Source: an uncultured Bacteroidota bacterium (lineage in GTDB: Bacteria > Bacteroidota > Bacteroidia > Chitinophagales > LD1). Taken from it: DNA of 64,000 nucleotides. The translations under genes and the position numbers were made by a program. Within the stretch, counting starts at the first letter, position 1, and every line of letters starts with the position of its first letter. The stretch spans positions 8,900 to 72,899 of the forward strand of contig CALAYL010000049.1 in assembly GCA_937894725.1 (NCBI GenBank). The letters are read 5' to 3'. The notes beneath the pieces were generated by a model. That model made no database searches. It had not been told where the DNA came from and saw nothing but the letters and a program-made list of their open reading frames with translations. Below, one piece after another: positions 55,466 to 64,000 of the stretch.

Positions 55466-58400
55466 TTATTCTTTTACAAAAGAAATTCGTTGGATGCCTT
55501 TGGCTGTTTTTAGTGAAATCATATAGCGTGATGAGCTGAGCGATGATATATCTATTTGCTCATTTACATGGTCAGATGAAAGCACTTTTCTGCCCAACAT
55601 ATCCGTAATTTCTACAGATTCGATAGCCTCTGTAGTGCTGATGTATAGCCTCTCGCTCGCAGGACTTGGATATATAGATACCGCTATTTCTGTAATGTCA
55701 TCTATGCCTACTCCAGTTACATTGGTGATAGCACTCGTTGCGCTACATCCATTGGCATCTGTGACTTGCACTGTATAGTTTCCATTGGCAGTAGCCGTGT
55801 AGGTTTGTGCATTTGCAGATGGGATATTTGTGCCATTGAGTTTCCACTGATAGCTAGCAAAACCTGCTGATGCGCTGAGCGTATTGCCTGATTTTGTGAC
55901 AGAAACACTCACTGCTGGTCGTACAAATAAACTAAGCGTAATCACTGAATCGCAACCTGCTATGTTTTGAATAGCTCTGGTGTATGTCCCTCCCTGAGTC
56001 AAGGTTTGTGTACCAAAGATATAGCTAGCGCCATTGCAGATAGTGTCTGCTTTGGTACTGGCACTTGATTGACCTAGACTTACATTCAATGTGATAAAAC
56101 TATCACAGCCTGCTACACTCATTAGGGTATCTAAATATTGCCCTGCTTGAGTGATGGTTTGTCCGTTGAAAGTGATGCTACTTCCGTTGCAAATAGATTG
56201 GCTTTGGATGCTTGCAATTCGCGGACGAACCGTAAAGTTTAATGCCAAAATACTATCACAACCATTGCTAGCGGTGAGTGTATCACGGTAGTTTCCGTTT
56301 TGTGTCAAGGTTTGTCCGTTGAATACAAAGCTCTCGCCAAAACAAACTGTACGGCTGATATTCCCTGTGATTTGCGGACGAACCGTGAGGTTCAAGGTCA
56401 AGAAAGAATCACATCCTGCAACATTCACAAGGGTATCTCTATAGCTACCACTTTGGTTTCTTGTGATTCCGTTGAAAACGATACTTTGCCCTGCACAAAT
56501 AGTTTGCGCTATACTGCCAGATGTAGCTTGTTTGATAGTTACCGTTTGCGTAGCTGTAGCGGTACATCCTGCACCAAGACTTGCAGTAACTGTGTAAGTA
56601 GTAGTAGCCGTAGGCGATACGGTGATAGCTGCATTACTGCCTAATCCATTTGACCATGAGTATGTATTACCCCCATTGGCAGTTAAAGTCAATGAACTTC
56701 CAGCACATACAGAGCTAGCTCCGTTTATCACGGCTGTTGGAGTTGATTGTACACTCACTGTTTGCGAAGCAGTAGCGGTACAGCTATTGTTTGTAACAGT
56801 TACGGTATAAGTTGTAGCTGCAGTAGGCGTTACAGTTGTTGAAGATGATGTGGCTGCATTGCTCCAAGCGTAAGTTCCTCCACCCGATGCAGTCAAGGTT
56901 GCAGATAATCCAGAGCAGATGGTACTTGGCCCATTGATAGCAGCTGTTGGTAGTGGATTTACTGCTACGGCTCTTGTAGCTGTAGCGGAGCAGTTGTTGG
57001 CATTAGTCACGGTGACTGTGTAGCTGATATTTGCCGTAGGCGAAAAGGTGGCTTGCGCATTTGCTCCTCCACTATTACTCCAATTGTATGTCCCTCCCCC
57101 ACTAGCTGTCAGTGTGACGTTTTGGCCCGCACAAATACTCACGGTTGATGGGGAGATAGCGACAGTTGGAGTAGAATTAACAGTGATTAATCTACTAGCT
57201 GTAGCCGAACAATTTGATGCATTTGTAACGGTGACTGTATAGGTTGTATTAGAAATTGGCGAAAAGCTTGCTTGTGCATTGCTGCCTCCACTGTTGCTCC
57301 ATGCGTAAGTACCTCCTCCACTCGCTGTGAGCGATGCGCTTTGTCCTTCACAAATGGTGACTGATGCAGGTGTAATACTGGCTGTCGGATTAGCATTTAC
57401 AGTTACTAATCTACTTGCTGTAGCCGAACAGCTGGCTGCGTTTGTTACCGTCACTGTATAGGTGGTGTTTGCTGTTGGTGAAAAGGTAGCCGCAGCATTA
57501 CTTCCTCCGCTATTACTCCATGCGTATGTGCCTCCTCCGCTGGCGGTCAGTGTGGCACTTTCCCCTGCACAAATAGCAACTGTAGCGGGTGATATAGCTG
57601 CTGTCGGTTTAGCACTTACAGTTACTTGCTTTGATGAAGTTGCAGAGCAAGATCCATTGCTTACTGTCACTGTATAATTCATAATTACTGTAGAACTAGT
57701 AGTAGGCGTGAATTTTGCTTGGGCATTTGACCCTCCGCCATTACTCCATGTGTATGTGCCGCCTCCGCTAGCGGTGAGCGTAAGTGTATCACCAGAACAT
57801 AAAGTACTTGGTCCAGATATAGCTGCCGAGGCAGCACCCACTACTGTTACTATAGAAGAATCTATTTTACTGCAGTTATTCGTAGAAGAGGTTACAGTCA
57901 CATAATAAGTAGTGTTACTGGCTGGCGAAAAAGTAGCCGACAAGCTATTTCCTCCGCCATTACTCCATATATAATTAAATCCTCCACCGATACCAATTGA
58001 CGCATTGGCGGTAAGTGTAACTGATTGACCAGTACAAACATTTGGATTATTTGGAGTGATGTTTACTGTAGGAGCTGGCAATACTGTTACAAAAAGACTA
58101 AATGCCGCTGATGGGCTACAATTTGATGACCTTACAGATATGCTACCTGATACAGAAGTATTAAAAGTAACATTTATAGAATTAGTAGAAGATGTACCTA
58201 CAAATCCATTGGGCAATGTCCAAATGTAGCTTGTAGCTCCACTAATCAAAGGCGTAGTATAGGTTTCTGTCAATCCCTGACAGGTAGTAGTAGGGCCTGC
58301 AATAGATGTGGGAGTGGCTGGAGGTGCAAGCACCGAAACACTTAAAAAACTTGGATTACTACCGCCACAAGCTCCTTGAGCTATTACCGAAATAGAGCCA

Positions 58401-60013
58401 CTGCTTGCACCTACCGTTGCACTAATAGCGTTAGTAGTTGAAGTGCCCGTCCAGCCATTTGGCAAAGTCCACTGATAAGAAGTAGCACCAGCCACACTCG
58501 GTATGGAGTATGTATAAGTTGTACCTATACAAAGTGCAGAAGCTGTACCCAAAATAGCACTAGGATTAAAAGCTGTAGCACATTGCCCTAGTTTTTGGAC
58601 AAAGCCATCTGCTAATCCAGAGGCAAGCAAATTGTCTGTACCAGCCAATGGATTAAAATCTACTGTAGTTTGAAAAAATCCACTTAAATATAAATTGTTT
58701 AAATTGTCAGTTGTAATACCGCTGACCTCATCATTGCCAGTACCAGCATAATTATAAGCCCAAATAAAATTTCCAACAGAGTCAAGTTTTTGAATGAAGG
58801 CATCTACACTTCCCCCATTCCCAATTAAGTTAACAACTCCAGCATCAGGATCTGCATCAAAAGAGTTTTTATGTGCGCCTACTGTATATACAGCACCTAT
58901 GTCATCTAGCTGCACTCCTGTAGCCCTAACCTCTGTCGCATTCCCTACTCTTTTTACCCATTTTCTTACTCCAGTGTCAGACAGTTTTAAGGTAAACGCA
59001 TTCCCTGCACTTCCAGTTCCTCCTATAAAAGTCACTGACAGTCCATCAAAATCTACAGTACCTCGCATGTGTCCCGCCACAGCCACTTCTCCATTTCGCA
59101 CACTGATAGCTATGCCTCTGTCATCAAAAGACCCTGTGCCTGCGTATGCCTTTGCCCATGAATAAGCACCTGTAGAGCTATATTTAGCCACAAAAATATC
59201 GGCATTACCACCAGAGGTTCTATTCTGTACTCCCGCACTTGGGTCAAAATCGGCTGTTTGGCTAAATCGTCCTGTTATGTATATATTATTAGAATTGTCT
59301 GTAGTGATGGCATGCCCTACGTCCACTTGAGAGCCACCAATGCTAAAAGCCCAGTTAAATGCACCTGCACTACTAAGCTGCACTACAAAACACTCAAAAC
59401 TACCTACGGCAGTTAAATTAAAAGTACCAGCTGGGTTGAAATTTGCTGTTCCAGAAAAAGTACCTGTGATATTTACATTACCAGCGCCATCTACCGCTAC
59501 ACCATATCCTGCATCATCGCCAGTACCGCCCATTTTTTTAGCCCAAGAAAAAACTCCAGCGCTAGTAATCTTTAATACAAATATGTCTATGCTACCCGAT
59601 GAAACTAGATTTGAAGTATTTGGACTAGGGTCAAAATCTACTGTGCCAGTAAATGAGCCAGTTACATATACATCTCCAGCTCCTGAAACATAAATACCCG
59701 AAGCATTATCTGCTCCACTACCACCTATAGGATATGTCCATAATAAAGCACCTGAAGCATTATATTTTGATACAAAAATGTCAGACCCTCCTGCCGAATT
59801 GTAATTCAAAACAGTAGCACTTGGATCAAGGTCGGCAGTACCAGTGAATGCCCCTGCGGTATAAACATTGCCTGCATTATCTACTCCTACTGCGTTTGAG
59901 TAATTAGAGCCGCTACCCGTTGCACTATTGATTGTCCAATCATAACTCGGTTGAGCTAAAATGGAAAAAGTGCTAAGTAGTAAAAAAGCAAAAAAGTGTA
60001 ATATCTTTTTCAT
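55466..60013 (-). CDS. Giant T9SS-sorted adhesin-like protein (SBBP beta-propeller, PKD-like modules, 7 x ~74-aa repeats, GCDS repeats, type A CTD)
   Basis: Trimmed to the Met at 60013 (MKKILHFFAFLLLSTFSILAQ). The N-terminus has D.AGNVY..G.F.GT.D.DP repeats, followed by GATSYQWTLPNGW modules. The C-terminus has IYPSPASERLYI. Confidence 0.9.
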   Translation of the reverse strand: MKKILHFFAFLLLSTFSILAQPSYDWTINSATGSGSNYSNAVGVDNAGNVYTAGAFTGTADLDPSATVLNYNSAGGSDIFVSKYNASGALLWTYPIGGSGADNASGIYVSGAGDVYVTGSFTGTVDFDPSPNTSNLVSSGSIDIFVLKITSAGVFSWAKKMGGTGDDAGYGVAVDGAGNVNITGTFSGTANFNPAGTFNLTAVGSFECFVVQLSSAGAFNWAFSIGGSQVDVGHAITTDNSNNIYITGRFSQTADFDPSAGVQNRTSGGNADIFVAKYSSTGAYSWAKAYAGTGSFDDRGIAISVRNGEVAVAGHMRGTVDFDGLSVTFIGGTGSAGNAFTLKLSDTGVRKWVKRVGNATEVRATGVQLDDIGAVYTVGAHKNSFDADPDAGVVNLIGNGGSVDAFIQKLDSVGNFIWAYNYAGTGNDEVSGITTDNLNNLYLSGFFQTTVDFNPLAGTDNLLASGLADGFVQKLGQCATAFNPSAILGTASALCIGTTYTYSIPSVAGATSYQWTLPNGWTGTSTTNAISATVGASSGSISVIAQGACGGSNPSFLSVSVLAPPATPTSIAGPTTTCQGLTETYTTPLISGATSYIWTLPNGFVGTSSTNSINVTFNTSVSGSISVRSSNCSPSAAFSLFVTVLPAPTVNITPNNPNVCTGQSVTLTANASIGIGGGFNYIWSNGGGNSLSATFSPASNTTYYVTVTSSTNNCSKIDSSIVTVVGAASAAISGPSTLCSGDTLTLTASGGGTYTWSNGGGSNAQAKFTPTTSSTVIMNYTVTVSNGSCSATSSKQVTVSAKPTAAISPATVAICAGESATLTASGGGTYAWSNSGGSNAAATFSPTANTTYTVTVTNAASCSATASRLVTVNANPTASITPASVTICEGQSASLTASGGGTYAWSNSGGSNAQASFSPISNTTYTVTVTNASNCSATASRLITVNSTPTVAISPSTVSICAGQNVTLTASGGGTYNWSNSGGANAQATFSPTANISYTVTVTNANNCSATATRAVAVNPLPTAAINGPSTICSGLSATLTASGGGTYAWSNAATSSSTTVTPTAATTYTVTVTNNSCTATASQTVSVQSTPTAVINGASSVCAGSSLTLTANGGNTYSWSNGLGSNAAITVSPTATTTYTVTASLGAGCTATATQTVTIKQATSGSIAQTICAGQSIVFNGITRNQSGSYRDTLVNVAGCDSFLTLNLTVRPQITGNISRTVCFGESFVFNGQTLTQNGNYRDTLTASNGCDSILALNFTVRPRIASIQSQSICNGSSITFNGQTITQAGQYLDTLMSVAGCDSFITLNVSLGQSSASTKADTICNGASYIFGTQTLTQGGTYTRAIQNIAGCDSVITLSLFVRPAVSVSVTKSGNTLSASAGFASYQWKLNGTNIPSANAQTYTATANGNYTVQVTDANGCSATSAITNVTGVGIDDITEIAVSIYPSPASERLYISTTEAIESVEITDMLGRKVLSSDHVNEQIDISSLSSSRYMISLKTAKGIQRISFVKE
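56534..58084 (-). repeat. Tandem array of seven ~221-bp coding repeats, homologous to 43477..45220
   Basis: Example unit: SAKPTAAISPATVAICAGESATLTASGGGTYAWSNSGGSNAAATFSPTANTTYTVTVTNAASCSATASRLVTV. The order of variant units is the same as in the other array. Confidence 0.9.
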
Positions 60014-60116
60014 GATCGTAATTTTTGTTTGATACAAAATTCACAATATGAAAGAAAAGACTACTATACCAATTCACGAAACCCCCATTTTAAGTTCATG
60101 AATGGAAAATGATTTA

Positions 60117-60869
60117 CTACTTCCCTATTCTTATCTCCTGAAAACTATCTTCAAATTCTTTTTTTCGCTCTTTGGAAATAGGCAAAGAAACTCCATTTTC
60201 CATCACCAAAGATGAATCAAGGCGATTGTATTTTTTGATGAAATTTAGATTGATGATAAACGAGCGGTGTATTCTGAAAAAGTTTTTTCGCTTAGTCAAA
60301 TGCTCTTCAAAAAACTTGATTTTTTTACTGACCAAAAGTGTTGACCCATCTTTCAAAAAAACGTTGGTATAGGCGCCATCAGCCTGAAGTACACTCAGTT
60401 TATTTATCTCTACAAACAACAATCCATCTAAAACAGGAAGTGCTATTTTCGTGAATTCGTCTGCTTTTAGATTTTGTTGGAGTACTTGCAATCGTTCTAA
60501 ACTCGACTTCGCTTCTAGGTTGTCGTTCACTTTCTGTACTGCACTTTTTAGTTTATCTATCTGTACAGGTTTGAGCAGATAATCTATAGCCGAAATCTCA
60601 AATGCCTGTATAGCATACTCACTATATGCAGTCACAAACACTACTTCAAAATTTATGCTATCAAAAAACTTTACTAGTTCAAACCCATTAAAATCAGGCA
60701 TCTCCACATCTAAGAAAACAAGGTCTGGCTTGAATGCTTTGATAGCCAAAACAGCCTTGGGCACATTTTCTACCAAAGCCACCAACTCTACTTCGGGGCA
60801 ATATAGCTGGAGCATTTTTTGGAGTGAACCCCTTGCCCTACTTTCATCATCTACTATGATTGCTTTCAC
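60117..60869 (-). CDS. LytTR-family response regulator
   Basis: 250 aa with LVFLDVEMPDFNG in the receiver domain and a LytTR C-terminus (LQADGAYTNVFL ... FFRIHRSFIINL). A 4-nt overlap joins it to the upstream kinase gene. Confidence 0.92.
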   Translation of the reverse strand: MKAIIVDDESRARGSLQKMLQLYCPEVELVALVENVPKAVLAIKAFKPDLVFLDVEMPDFNGFELVKFFDSINFEVVFVTAYSEYAIQAFEISAIDYLLKPVQIDKLKSAVQKVNDNLEAKSSLERLQVLQQNLKADEFTKIALPVLDGLLFVEINKLSVLQADGAYTNVFLKDGSTLLVSKKIKFFEEHLTKRKNFFRIHRSFIINLNFIKKYNRLDSSLVMENGVSLPISKERKKEFEDSFQEIRIGK

Positions 60870-63757
60870 ACTTTGTCTGATTTTTGTGGTATGATTAATC
60901 GCACTATCGTCCCTTCTACTTTGTCTATAGTTTCGATAGTGATGGCTAAGTTAAAATACTCATTTAATAATCGCAATCTATCTGAGGTAGCACTGGTGCC
61001 AAAACTTTTGTGATTGACTCTCCGTTTGTTTATTTCTGCAGATGCAGCTCTGCCCACTCCATTATCTTCTACTTCACATACCAAATTAGCATCTACTTCT
61101 TTGAAGGTAATTTGCAATTTCTTTTGCCCTTTTTTATGCAAAAGCCCATGCTTCAAGGCATTTTCTACCTGTGGTTGCAAAATCATAGCAGGTAGCTGAA
61201 CACAAGACGCATCTATACTCTCGGGTAAAATTATTTCATAATTCATCTCCTCACCAAAGCGCAGTTTTTCGAGCGAAAGATAAAGCGACAACATCTCTAT
61301 TTCGGTTTCTAATGAAACAAAATCAGCCCCAGAAGCCTCCAATACTTTTCGAGTGAGTTCGCTAAAAAGCCCTAAATATCGCTGTGCATTTTCTGTGTCT
61401 TGCTCAAGGACCAAATCTTGTATAGAGTTGAGGGCATTAAACATAAAGTGAGGATTCATCTGCGATTTGAGGGCAGTGAGTTGGGATACTGCTAATCGCT
61501 TTTCAATTTCATTTTTTCGTTGAATAGTTTGGATTCTTCGCCAAACAAAGAATCCTACAACAGCCAAGACCAAGAAAAACAAACTCAAATAAAACCACCA
61601 CTGTTGCCAAAAAGGTTTTAAAATAACAATGTTGATAGCGGCCGATTGCTCACTTTCTATACCATCTTCATTGAGTGCCTTCACTTCAAAAAAATACCTA
61701 CCAGCAGGTAGCGTAGGATAGCGAGCAAAATTACTTTGACTAGTCGTAAAAACCCATGTGGTATCTAAACCCAAAAGCCTGTATTTATAACGAAAAGAGC
61801 CATGACTTTTAAAGGCTATTCCCTTAAACGTAATATGCAAATTGTTTTGCGCATAGCTAAGCGTATAGCTTTTTTGAAGGCTGGTATCCTTATCCTTTAT
61901 CGCAAAAGAAGAAATGAAAATAGAAGGCGCTATTTTGTTGATGGCATCCCATTTTTTAGGCATAGAAACTAAGCCTTTAGCAGTAGCTAAATACACTTCA
62001 TTATCAGAAAAAGCAATATCGGAAATATCGGTAGTAGGAAGTCCATCGAAGCGATTGTATGCTATGTGTTCTTTCGTTTTTGTGTTATAGGAAATTAGAT
62101 TTTCAGCTGTAACTATCCATAATGTATTTCCGTCTGCACCGAGCTTAAAAGCACTTTGTTTAGCCCCTTCTTTCATGATAGGCAGCGAATTTATTAGCCT
62201 ACCATTATTAAATCCTAGCACGCCATTCTTCATAGTGCTTATCCATACTTTCCCGTCTGATGTAGCTTTTATATCCGTGCCAAAAACTATTTTTCCATTA
62301 TACAAAATCAATTCCGTTTTATCATTTACAGAAGTCCATAATCCATCGGAGCTGCATCCCCAACTTCGCTTGCTTTCTTTTTCATAAAACACCACGTTAG
62401 TTCTGATATTTCTAATACTGTGTAGCTCTTGGATAATTGGCGAAATAGAACAGCTAAAGGCATTGAGAACAGAGCCCATCAAAAAATCGCCTTTCCCAAT
62501 CTCACTAAATGATTTGATATTGCTGATGCCGAGAATGGCTGTTGGCTTTAAAGTGAGAGCATCTACCATCCAAGTACGCTGTTTGCCTACCAAGATTCTT
62601 CCTTCCAATTCATCATAGCTCAATGCTTGTATCTCATCCGTGCTATTATTGACTTGGCAATGTTTGATTTCTTTGTTTTCTAAGTTATACTTAGACAAGA
62701 TACCGTTATGAAAACCTAGCCACAAATTTCCGTTTTTATCTTTGATTATTTTCTTGACACGGGTATCGGGCAATGGTGAGTTTTTATCAGTATAAACCCG
62801 AACTGCGATATTCGGCACTACAAACAAACCCTCTTGTAATGTACTAAACCAATAGTTTCCTTCTTTGTCTTGAATCACATCAGTCACACTTTTAGCAGGA
62901 AAAAAAAGTTGTCCATCATATAACTCTCTCCACAATGTATCAAAACACAAGGCACCACTGCTACCTCCCACCCAGAGCTGATTATTCCCTACTATTGAAA
63001 GTGAAATAATCCTACCCAATGTGTTTGACAAATCCTTCACTTTTATCAAATTATCGTTGGCGATTTTCCAGATTATGTTTCTATTATTAAACTTTGAAAT
63101 GAGATATACCGCATCACCTAATACTTTTAGATGCGAATTGTAAGAGACCTCCATCCAGTCTTGTTTACTTACATTGATTAGTTTCCTTTCTTGCGTTTTG
63201 ACATCAAAAAATCCTATGCTTGTCTTACCTATAAAATAAATTTTGTTTTGTGCATAGGCAATATCCATCAACTCATTATCGATAGATTGATTTGATGAAG
63301 AAAGTAAATTGAACGTTCCTTTTTTGTTTTGTACATAGACTCCACTATCACCCGTTATATACAACTGAGATTTATCATCAAATTGGAAAGTTGGAAAGTT
63401 GCTTTTCTTTGAACTCCAATCTACTGTCAGTTTTAATGAATCCTTTTGTACAGAAAAAATCTGCCCTGAAAAGTTTTGACACCAAAGTTTTTTATCCTTT
63501 GTGAGGGTAAGATGTGATATGGCTTTGCCGCCTTTTGCATTAGTTTCAAAAGGGATAAAATCAGTACCATCGAATCGAAAAAGCCCAGCATTTGTACCTA
63601 ACCAAATGAATCCATATTCATCTTGAAGCAAGTCATATACTTCATCAGTAGGCAGACCACTATCGTCATTGATAGCATAGTAATACGGATGTTGCGAAAA
63701 CAAAGGGATGCTCAAAAGCAAACAATACAAAAATCCAAAAACATTTCGCTTTCGCAT
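60866..63757 (-). CDS. Sensor histidine kinase with periplasmic two-component-regulator propeller repeats and a Y_Y_Y domain (LytS-type kinase core)
   Basis: 963 aa with a signal peptide, repeated W.GT..GL propeller motifs and a Y_Y_Y-like YKYRLLGLDTTW...GRYFFEVKA segment. One TM helix (WWFYLSLFFLVLAVVGFFVW) is followed by LKSQMNPHFMFNALNSI and LQPQVENALKHG. Confidence 0.9.
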   Translation of the reverse strand: MRKRNVFGFLYCLLLSIPLFSQHPYYYAINDDSGLPTDEVYDLLQDEYGFIWLGTNAGLFRFDGTDFIPFETNAKGGKAISHLTLTKDKKLWCQNFSGQIFSVQKDSLKLTVDWSSKKSNFPTFQFDDKSQLYITGDSGVYVQNKKGTFNLLSSSNQSIDNELMDIAYAQNKIYFIGKTSIGFFDVKTQERKLINVSKQDWMEVSYNSHLKVLGDAVYLISKFNNRNIIWKIANDNLIKVKDLSNTLGRIISLSIVGNNQLWVGGSSGALCFDTLWRELYDGQLFFPAKSVTDVIQDKEGNYWFSTLQEGLFVVPNIAVRVYTDKNSPLPDTRVKKIIKDKNGNLWLGFHNGILSKYNLENKEIKHCQVNNSTDEIQALSYDELEGRILVGKQRTWMVDALTLKPTAILGISNIKSFSEIGKGDFLMGSVLNAFSCSISPIIQELHSIRNIRTNVVFYEKESKRSWGCSSDGLWTSVNDKTELILYNGKIVFGTDIKATSDGKVWISTMKNGVLGFNNGRLINSLPIMKEGAKQSAFKLGADGNTLWIVTAENLISYNTKTKEHIAYNRFDGLPTTDISDIAFSDNEVYLATAKGLVSMPKKWDAINKIAPSIFISSFAIKDKDTSLQKSYTLSYAQNNLHITFKGIAFKSHGSFRYKYRLLGLDTTWVFTTSQSNFARYPTLPAGRYFFEVKALNEDGIESEQSAAINIVILKPFWQQWWFYLSLFFLVLAVVGFFVWRRIQTIQRKNEIEKRLAVSQLTALKSQMNPHFMFNALNSIQDLVLEQDTENAQRYLGLFSELTRKVLEASGADFVSLETEIEMLSLYLSLEKLRFGEEMNYEIILPESIDASCVQLPAMILQPQVENALKHGLLHKKGQKKLQITFKEVDANLVCEVEDNGVGRAASAEINKRRVNHKSFGTSATSDRLRLLNEYFNLAITIETIDKVEGTIVRLIIPQKSDKV

Positions 63758-63919
63758 AGTCTAAATATGCAAAGAAAAAAAGAACAAAATCAAAAAAATA
63801 ATGCTTTCGCAACTTATAGCATACCGAATGTTTGTGGAAGTAAACGCATTTTTCATTTCTATTTTTATAGAAAGAAAATTTACTTTACTATACATCTATA
63901 GCGTTATATTCAACGAATT

Positions 63920-64000
63920 TTACAAATGTGCTGACAACTTTTTATCCAATTTTCCTAGTATCACCTCTCCCATTGAATTACCAGCAGCACTAAGTGTTTC
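63920..64000 (-). CDS. Possible 3' end of a minus-strand CDS truncated by the window edge
   Basis: Only one minus-strand frame is open from the window edge. It gives 26 codons (...GEVILGKLDKKLSAHL) and then TAA at 63922-63920. It is too short to identify. Confidence 0.2.
   Translation of the reverse strand, partial: ETLSAAGNSMGEVILGKLDKKLSAHL

Noticed and set aside
37376-60013. Higher G+C content of the adhesin genes as evidence of horizontal transfer
   Set aside because: The shift is explained by the extreme Thr/Ala/Gly/Ser content of the repeats. No integrase, transposase or tRNA boundary is present.

Overview
This 64-kb window looks like chromosomal DNA from a Bacteroidota-type organism. 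Supporting signs are T9SS C-terminal sorting domains, a SprE/PorW-like TPR lipoprotein, a TonB-dependent receptor, TAnnTTTG-type promoter boxes and Bacteroidota-style LytS/LytTR two-component systems. I found no rRNA, tRNA, CRISPR array, transposase or integrase.

Positions 1-37 kb are mostly housekeeping genes. They include pabB, purA, fur, an M23 peptidase with a bactofilin, an exported Fe/Mn SOD, a peptide ABC importer and a TonB-dependent receptor. They also include a small ACP / KAS III / GT2 / GNAT cluster, aconitase, OsmC, an RCK K+ channel, a polytopic patatin, secA, a GGGPS-like prenyltransferase, rsgA, dtd and an acyl-CoA dehydrogenase.

Positions 37.4-63.8 kb form an accessory-looking island. 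It holds five large T9SS-sorted surface or adhesin-like proteins with shuffled modules and near-identical tandem repeats, a DUF4143 AAA+ ATPase gene, and two LytTR-type two-component systems.

The most interesting signals are:
- A ~125-bp non-coding cassette is conserved in front of three unrelated T9SS cargo genes. It carries a 12-nt unit (CACTTTCGTACA) repeated directly with a 21-bp period, which is the geometry expected for LytTR-family operators.
- The AAA+ ATPase gene is bracketed by mirror-image ~65-bp double-hairpin inverted repeats.
- The adhesin paralogues show mosaic, gene-conversion-like architecture that extends past the stop codons into the 3' UTRs.

All functional calls rest on motifs read by eye from the supplied translations. 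No database search was possible.
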